Positions 57,956 to 64,000 of a stretch of DNA of 64,000 nt are shown one piece after another; position 1 is the first letter of the stretch; each line of letters opens with the position of its first letter. The stretch is from Somniosus microcephalus (Eukaryota): positions 102,238,001 through 102,302,000 of the forward strand of contig CM126207.1 in the NCBI GenBank assembly GCA_052327205.1. Direction: 5' to 3'. Below the pieces are notes generated by a model that made no database searches, had not been told where the DNA came from, and worked only from the letters and a program-made list of their open reading frames with translations. Made by a program: the position numbers and the translations under genes.

Positions 57956-59108
57956 TCTATATATATAAAGCGGCTCTTCTGTCTGTCCCGATGTCTGTCT
58001 GTCTGTCTGTCTGTCTGTCCGCCTGGTCTCTATACGTTTGGAAGTTACAGAGCGTACCGACGCGTGCGTTGCCTCAAAAGAAAGCTTGCGATTCCGGACC
58101 GGTCATAGGCATATTTACGTTTCGGCCGGACAAAAATCCCGCCCGCGGTATCCCAAAAACGTTCAGCGTTCCGCTCATTAGCATCTCATTAGCGACCGTG
58201 TGACGTCGAGGTCTTCCTACAGTTGAGTGTCGAGTGACTCGACGATTGACCAATCCTACGCTTCGGTGACCTGACCGGTTGACCAATCGGTGCGTGTGTG
58301 GGCAGGCCTTATCCTTCTGAACCGAGGTGAGTGGCCGCCATCTTGATTTTCCACGATTTTTTCCCCCACACTTTCTGTGTGTTAGGGAACTAAGGTAAAT
58401 ATTTCAATTATGTGTTAGGCAATTAATTAACAATTTATTTGAGTTTTATATTGTGTTTAGCAACCCCCTCCTCCTCACCCTCGCGCAGGGGGGACTCGGG
58501 GCCTGAAGCTGAAAAATTTCTCTCTCTCTCTCTCTCTCTTTCTTCCCTCTCTCTCTCTCCTTCTCCTCTTCCCTCTCTCCTCTTCCCTCTCTCTCCTTCT
58601 CCTCTTCCCTCTCTGTCTCTCTCTACTTCCCCCTCTCAGGTGTCGCGGACGGAGTGCGGGCGCACCGCCCGAAGTTTCCCGCTCGCTAACGGCCTTGCCG
58701 TCTCCCGCGGGCCGCTCGCACTGACCGCGCATGCGCCGCCCGCACTCACCGCGCATGCGCCGCCCACACTCACCGCGCATGCGCTGCCCGCCCGCCCGCA
58801 GCGGCCGTCCATCAGCCGCGCGATACGCGGGGGACCTCAGCAACGGCACCGGACCTCAGGCGCTAGGCAGGGGGAGGGGCCGGAGAGAGGGACAGAGGGG
58901 AGTGGGGGAGCGGGGGGGGGAGAGGGAGACAGGGGAGGGGAGGGGAGGGAGAGAGGGGAGGGGAGGGAGGGAGAGAGGGGAGGGAGGGATAGGACAGGGA
59001 GAGGACATGACAGGGAGAGGGGGGACACACAGGGGCAGGGAGACCAAACACCCCAAAATTGCCCTCGCGCCCCAAAATTGCCCTCGCAACGCGGGGCTCC
59101 CCAGCTAG
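57956..59108 (+). mobile_element. Complete non-autonomous Helitron
   Basis: A|TCTATATATATAAA-(TCTG)n 5' end; 3' hairpin CCTCGC-AAC-GCGGGG, then CTAG|T; no TSD. Confidence 0.82.
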
Positions 59109-59644
59109 TATATATATATTTTAAAAGAAAGTGGAATTCTTACTGTTCTTCAAAATCATCTCTCATTTACCTCCATTCCCAGCTGCTACAGACACTCCTA
59201 TCTATTGCCTCCTCCCAATTGCAGATTGACACTATTATCCACTGAATATTCAGTGATATCATTAATATCATGAATTTTCTGCTGAAAAAGTAAATTCTTT
59301 GTATGAGGCACTGAAAACTTCTAGACAAGCAGTAAGTTTAATTTTAAATAAAAAGAAAAAAGAATCTTAATAAAACCAGAAAATGTACATCAATTCTGAT
59401 GCAGGGTCTAGCCGTGAAAAGTTAAATTGTTTCCTTCTCTTTACAGGTGCTGGCAGATCTGCCATGTATTTCTAGCATTTACTGTTTAATTTTTAAATAT
59501 CTCCTCGCTTCTATGAAGAAGAGTTAAACATCAGACATATAGCCTGACTAAAGTTTTTAAGCAATCACTTACCTGTAGCATTTTCTAACAGCGAAATCTG
59601 TTTCCAATCAGCCTTCTACATCTTGTATTAGTTACTACAGAACT

Positions 59645-60900
59645 TTAATAACAACAATTAGATTCATGTAGTGCTTCCTAAGGTGCTTTATGAAAAGGGG
59701 AAGAAAATAAATGAATAAAATGGAGGTAAAAACAGAAAATGCTGTAAATACACAGCAGGTCAGGCAGCATCTGTGGAGAGAGAGAGAGAGTTAACCTTTC
59801 AGGGTGATGGCCTTTCATCAGAACTGGAAAAAGTTAGATCTGTAACATGGAGGAATGGCCACCAAACCATGAAGAGAGGTTAAAAAGAGATGACTGACAG
59901 CTTGGTCAAAATCATTGGTGTGAGAAGGTTTTTAAAGGAGGAGAAAGAAGTGCAGAGGTGGAGGGCTTTAGTGGGAGAGCAGGACCAAGCTGGCGAAGAC
60001 TATGCTCCCCATGACGGGGTGAAGGGAGGACGGGAAGAGAAGCCATCACTGAAGATATGCTGGCTGTCTTTGGGTAGGTAAGAGTGGAAACATACAAAGG
60101 CCGTCTCACAGAGCTGGATAAGGAAGGAGAATTGATGGAGGAGGATGGAGTGCTTGACAGTATTAAACCTTGCTGAGAGGTCAAGAAAGACGAGGAGACA
60201 TAATGCAGCATGGTCACAATTACTGAAGATGTCATTTGTGATTTTGGCCAAGACAGTCTCAGTATTGTGAGCAGGGTGGAAGCTGGACAGAAACGATTCA
60301 GAGAGGAAGTTTTTGGGGGGCATGGATGGGCATGGAACTGGGTAGAGATGACACATTTAAGGACACTGGAGGAATGTTGGAAATAGGGTTGTAGTAGGAG
60401 ATGGTGGATGCATTGAGGGGGTGACGCTGTTTCTAAAAGGGAAAAGAGATGGTTACTGTACAAAGGAACCATTAACAGTATCATCAAGCAAAAGTGGTAG
60501 TTGAGTGGTCAGAAGTTGAGTAAGGAGGTGATCGCGAGATAAGTTTGGAGAAGGGATGTGGGGAACTTGGGAGAGAAACTGCTTAGTTACAGAGCTTGGA
60601 ACTACAGTGGATGGGAAGTGGGGAAGGATTGGGAGCAGCGAGTGAGAAGAAGAGGAGTTCGTGGTGAAGACAGCTGTACAGATGGTCACAATTTTAGAAA
60701 CAAAGAAATCCATGAGCTTTTTTGCAATTTGTATTGGAGTTGAGAATAGAGGAGCTGGGAAAAAGGGAGTTTGAGGAAGGGGTTAGTTATGAAGTAAAGG
60801 AGCCTTGAGTTGTCCTTGACCTTCAAGATGACCCTGGAGTACTTGGAGGATTTAGCTGAGAAGAGCAAGAAATGGCAATGCCTGTCATAGTCAAGCCAAA
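59645..60900 (-). mobile_element. Old L2 LINE fragments
   Basis: FHPAHNTETVLAKITND...LLVFLDLSARFNTV RT remnant. Confidence 0.75.
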
Positions 60901-60952
60901 TCTGGCGATGAACGACTAGACCAGTTGTGTGTCAGGTGCACTCAAGTCTGTT

Positions 60953-61914
60953 GGGCCTAGAAATTGGACATCAACAGAAACCTGCCGATGTCATTGCAGC
61001 CTCAGATTTACGACCGTTGAAAATGGCTGCAGCGATACCGGGCATAAATTTGTGCTGGGGGCTGGGAACTTGTAGCGCAGCGCTAAATTACCGTGTAACG
61101 CCCTCCTGGAGGCATTAGTGGAGGCATCTGACTCGAAGTTCCCATCCAGGAGCGGCGTTGCAGCTTCTTACAGCCTTTGGGAGTGAGGCTGTGGAGTTCG
61201 CAAGGAATTGTGGGCAATTAAAAGGCCTATGAATTAAAGGGGCAATGTGTAAAATAATATAACAACAAAAAAAAAATTAAGTGAAAAAAATATACTTTTC
61301 AGCCCTTATTGCCTTCCAAAAAAAATTAACATTAAAAAGTCCCAAATGGGAATCTTTAGCACTTAAAGCTGAATTCCCTTGTGAGACTGAAAAAAATGGG
61401 AAAAGTGCTAAGCACTAACACAAATGGCTCAGCAAGCCAGGGAAGGAGCACCCAGGGTCTCGCATGCAACACTCCTGTCATCCTACTGAACTCCACAAAT
61501 AAACTCTAAAGCCTGCACATCTGCCAATGCACTTTATTATGGTTATGTTTATGTTAATGTATTACAAGCCAAATGTATGTTGAATGTTTAAATGTCTTAA
61601 TCTAAATGTACACTCTCGGGAGCCGCAAGCCTACATTTTGTTGTACTGCACTTGTGCACTAACAATGACAATAAAAGTTGATTTGATTTGATTTGATTTG
61701 CTTTGTGCAGGAGTCAACCCTACAAGACAGGTCCTCTACCCACAGGTGCCAAGAGGCCCTCCAGAAAGAAGGATGTGAGACTACATCACCGAGGCTGTCA
61801 CTGCCAGCAGTGTCACCCCCACTACCTGGCGCCAATGCCCAAAGGAGCTTCATGACCTCAGACCACTGGTCAGGGTTAGTGAATGCATCTTCAAAAGTTG
61901 CCTTCTACCAACTG
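60953..61914 (+). mobile_element. Left part of a Harbinger element with a Myb remnant; contains a Rex/Babar-like LINE 3' stub (~61430-61700) and is interrupted by Gypsy A4
   Basis: GGGCCTAGAAATTGG terminus; ITEAVTASSVTPTTWRQCPKELHDL is similar to 48030-48130; the stub ends ACAATAAA-(GATTT)n. Confidence 0.65.
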
Positions 61915-64000
61915 CGTGGTGTATTTAACCTGTTCCACCTTAAGAGAACTACCTTAAGAGATGTACTACTTTCTCTTGGCTGCTGTATACTGTAATACCG
62001 GTGGTGACCACACCGGTATATAAGTGTGTGTAGGGATTTGCTGGGCAGTTCAGCCCTGACCTCCGAATAGTAAAGACCTGTTAAAAGTTATTCTTGTGGT
62101 CTGTGTCCAGTGATTTATAATAAGCATAACTGGGACACACAGACTTAACAGTGGCGACGAGTCCGATCTTACCCTGCGGCAGTTTTACATCCAAGGCAGC
62201 TTCGTCCTCAGAACGGGAGTCGAGAAGCGGCATCCGCCCTCATCATCCTGCTGAGCACCATCGCACGGGAGGCATCGAGAACCCGGGTTAAAAAGAAAAA
62301 TTCTGACCACGAAGCCCTCCATCAGCGACAGGCAGTGATCATCCCTTCTACCACGGTGGTGGGTAAGCCGATCAGCGACACGAGCAGAAAGTCGGCCGCA
62401 TTTACTGTGGAGTGGGGGAGGGAAAATGGAGGAAAAAGGGCGGAGAACTCGACCACGGCCAGTGAAAAGGGCCGGGCTGCAATCGAGGCCGAGAGGCGCA
62501 GCGACTGGGGCAGCTTAAGGCACGAGAGCCGCGGAGAACTCAAACGCAGCTGGTGTAAAGGACCGGGCTGCATGCGGGGCTGAGAGGCGCAACAGCAGGG
62601 GAAGCGTGAATGCCCACGGGAACCGTGGGGGAGTAAAAGCAGCATCGGGGAATTGAGAACCGCTGGGGAGGCGAGAACGGCAGCAGCACGGCAATCGCCA
62701 TTGCAGCCAGCGGGGGAAGAAGGCAAACGCGGGAATCCGCCATTGTAGTTGGCGGGGGAAGAAGACGAGCGCGGGAAAGACCGCCAAGCGCAGGAAGCTG
62801 CCATTTTAGTAGGCGGGGGAAGAAGACAAGCGTGGGAAGCCGCCATTTTGAGAAAAAGAAAAATTTAAAAACTTGCAAGGATGCCTAAACATGGGAACAT
62901 TAATACCTTTGATAGCGATATCGAAGATTGGACCACGTATGTAGAACACATGGAAGTTTATTGTAAAGCAAATAAGGTACCAGATGATGAGAAAGCACTA
63001 ACCTTATTAAGCTCAATGGGTGCGAAGACATACGGGCTATTGAAGCACCTTCTATCACCAGATAAACCGGCGGATCAGACTTTCGCGAATATTGTTACTG
63101 TCCTGAAAAATCATTTAAACCCCACGCCGCTGATGATAGCGGAATGATTTAAATTTTACAGAAGAACGCAGCTGAAAGACGAAAGCAATGCTGAATTTTT
63201 AATTGAACTGCGTAAGCTATCAAAGTACTGTCAGTTTGGAACAGGACTAGCAGATGCGCTGAGAGATAAATTTGTGTGTGGATTGTTAAAAGAAGGAACA
63301 CAAAAGCGACTGCTTGAGGAGAATGATCTTACGCTTGATAAAGCTGTCACTATTGCAGCATCGCACGAAGCCGCAGCGAGAGGCACTGCGGAAATGCAGC
63401 TACGGTCACCGGAACTCAGCACCAATCAAATGGTCTTGGGTACAGTAAAATGTTATCGTTGTGGAAAGACAACGCACGATCAGAACCAGTGCTGGTTCAA
63501 AAATCAGGAATGCAGAAAATGTGGCAGGCTTGGTCACATAGCTAAAGTATGCCGGTCAGGAAAGAAGACCAGCAACAAAAAGTCATCGCAGGAAAAGTAC
63601 AGAAAGGTACACAAGGTGACAGAGAACAGTTCGAACGAACAGAAGTCAGATTCAGACTCCAGCAGTAATGAACTGGGTAGTCTAAGAGTACACAATGTTG
63701 GTAATGAAGCAGACCTCCAAACAATCTGGGTCACACTTCAGATAGCAGGAGTCCAAGTGAAGATGGAATTGGACACCGGATCGGCATTGACGGTCATGAA
63801 TAAGCAAGATTACAAAAGGTTATTCCCACATATTCCCCTGCGGGATACGGAGATTGTATTGAAAACATACACGGGGCAAAGAGCATACCCCATCGGGAAG
63901 ATAGAGGTAAAGGTGGTCCACAAGGGCAAAGAAAGCCGAGGAATGGACTTATATGTGCTACCTGAGGGAGGTCCACCACTACTGGGACGGGAGTGGATTA
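61915..64000 (+). mobile_element. Gypsy LTR retrotransposon A4, 5' part (runs off the window end)
   Basis: LTR ~61915-62150 with TATATAA and AGTAAA; PBS TGGCGACGAG at 62152; gag from 62881; protease LDTGS. Confidence 0.93.
62881..64000 (+). pseudogene. gag-pol: gag-PR of Gypsy A4 with an in-frame TGA at 63145-63147
   Basis: MPKHGNINTFDSDIEDW... is homologous to A2/A3 gag; CCHC knuckles; MELDTGS. Confidence 0.88.

Overview
This is repeat-dense vertebrate DNA, most likely cartilaginous fish (shark), judged from the CR1, Deu-SINE, Penelope and Harbinger repeats recalled from that group. I found no recognisable host protein-coding gene, RNA gene or CRISPR array. The window holds five decayed Gypsy LTR retrotransposons: four diverged members of one family (here A1-A4) with long leaders, and one leaderless element (B). 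It also has many LINE fragments (CR1, L2, RTE, Tx1, Rex-like), SINEs, PIF/Harbinger elements with Myb/SANT remnants and their MITEs, non-autonomous Helitrons and a 500-N gap. Best leads: (1) all four family-A leaders share an antisense-oriented module of 39-42 bp repeats with YY1/ATGGCG motifs plus a splice donor 20-26 nt from the PBS start, reminiscent of the L1 antisense promoter/ORF0; (2) Helitrons carry CpG-rich promoter cassettes with splice sites, one possibly feeding a spliced non-coding transcript; (3) MITE and LTR hairpins show apparent covariation. Family names come from recall, not database searches, and the boundaries of old fragments are approximate.
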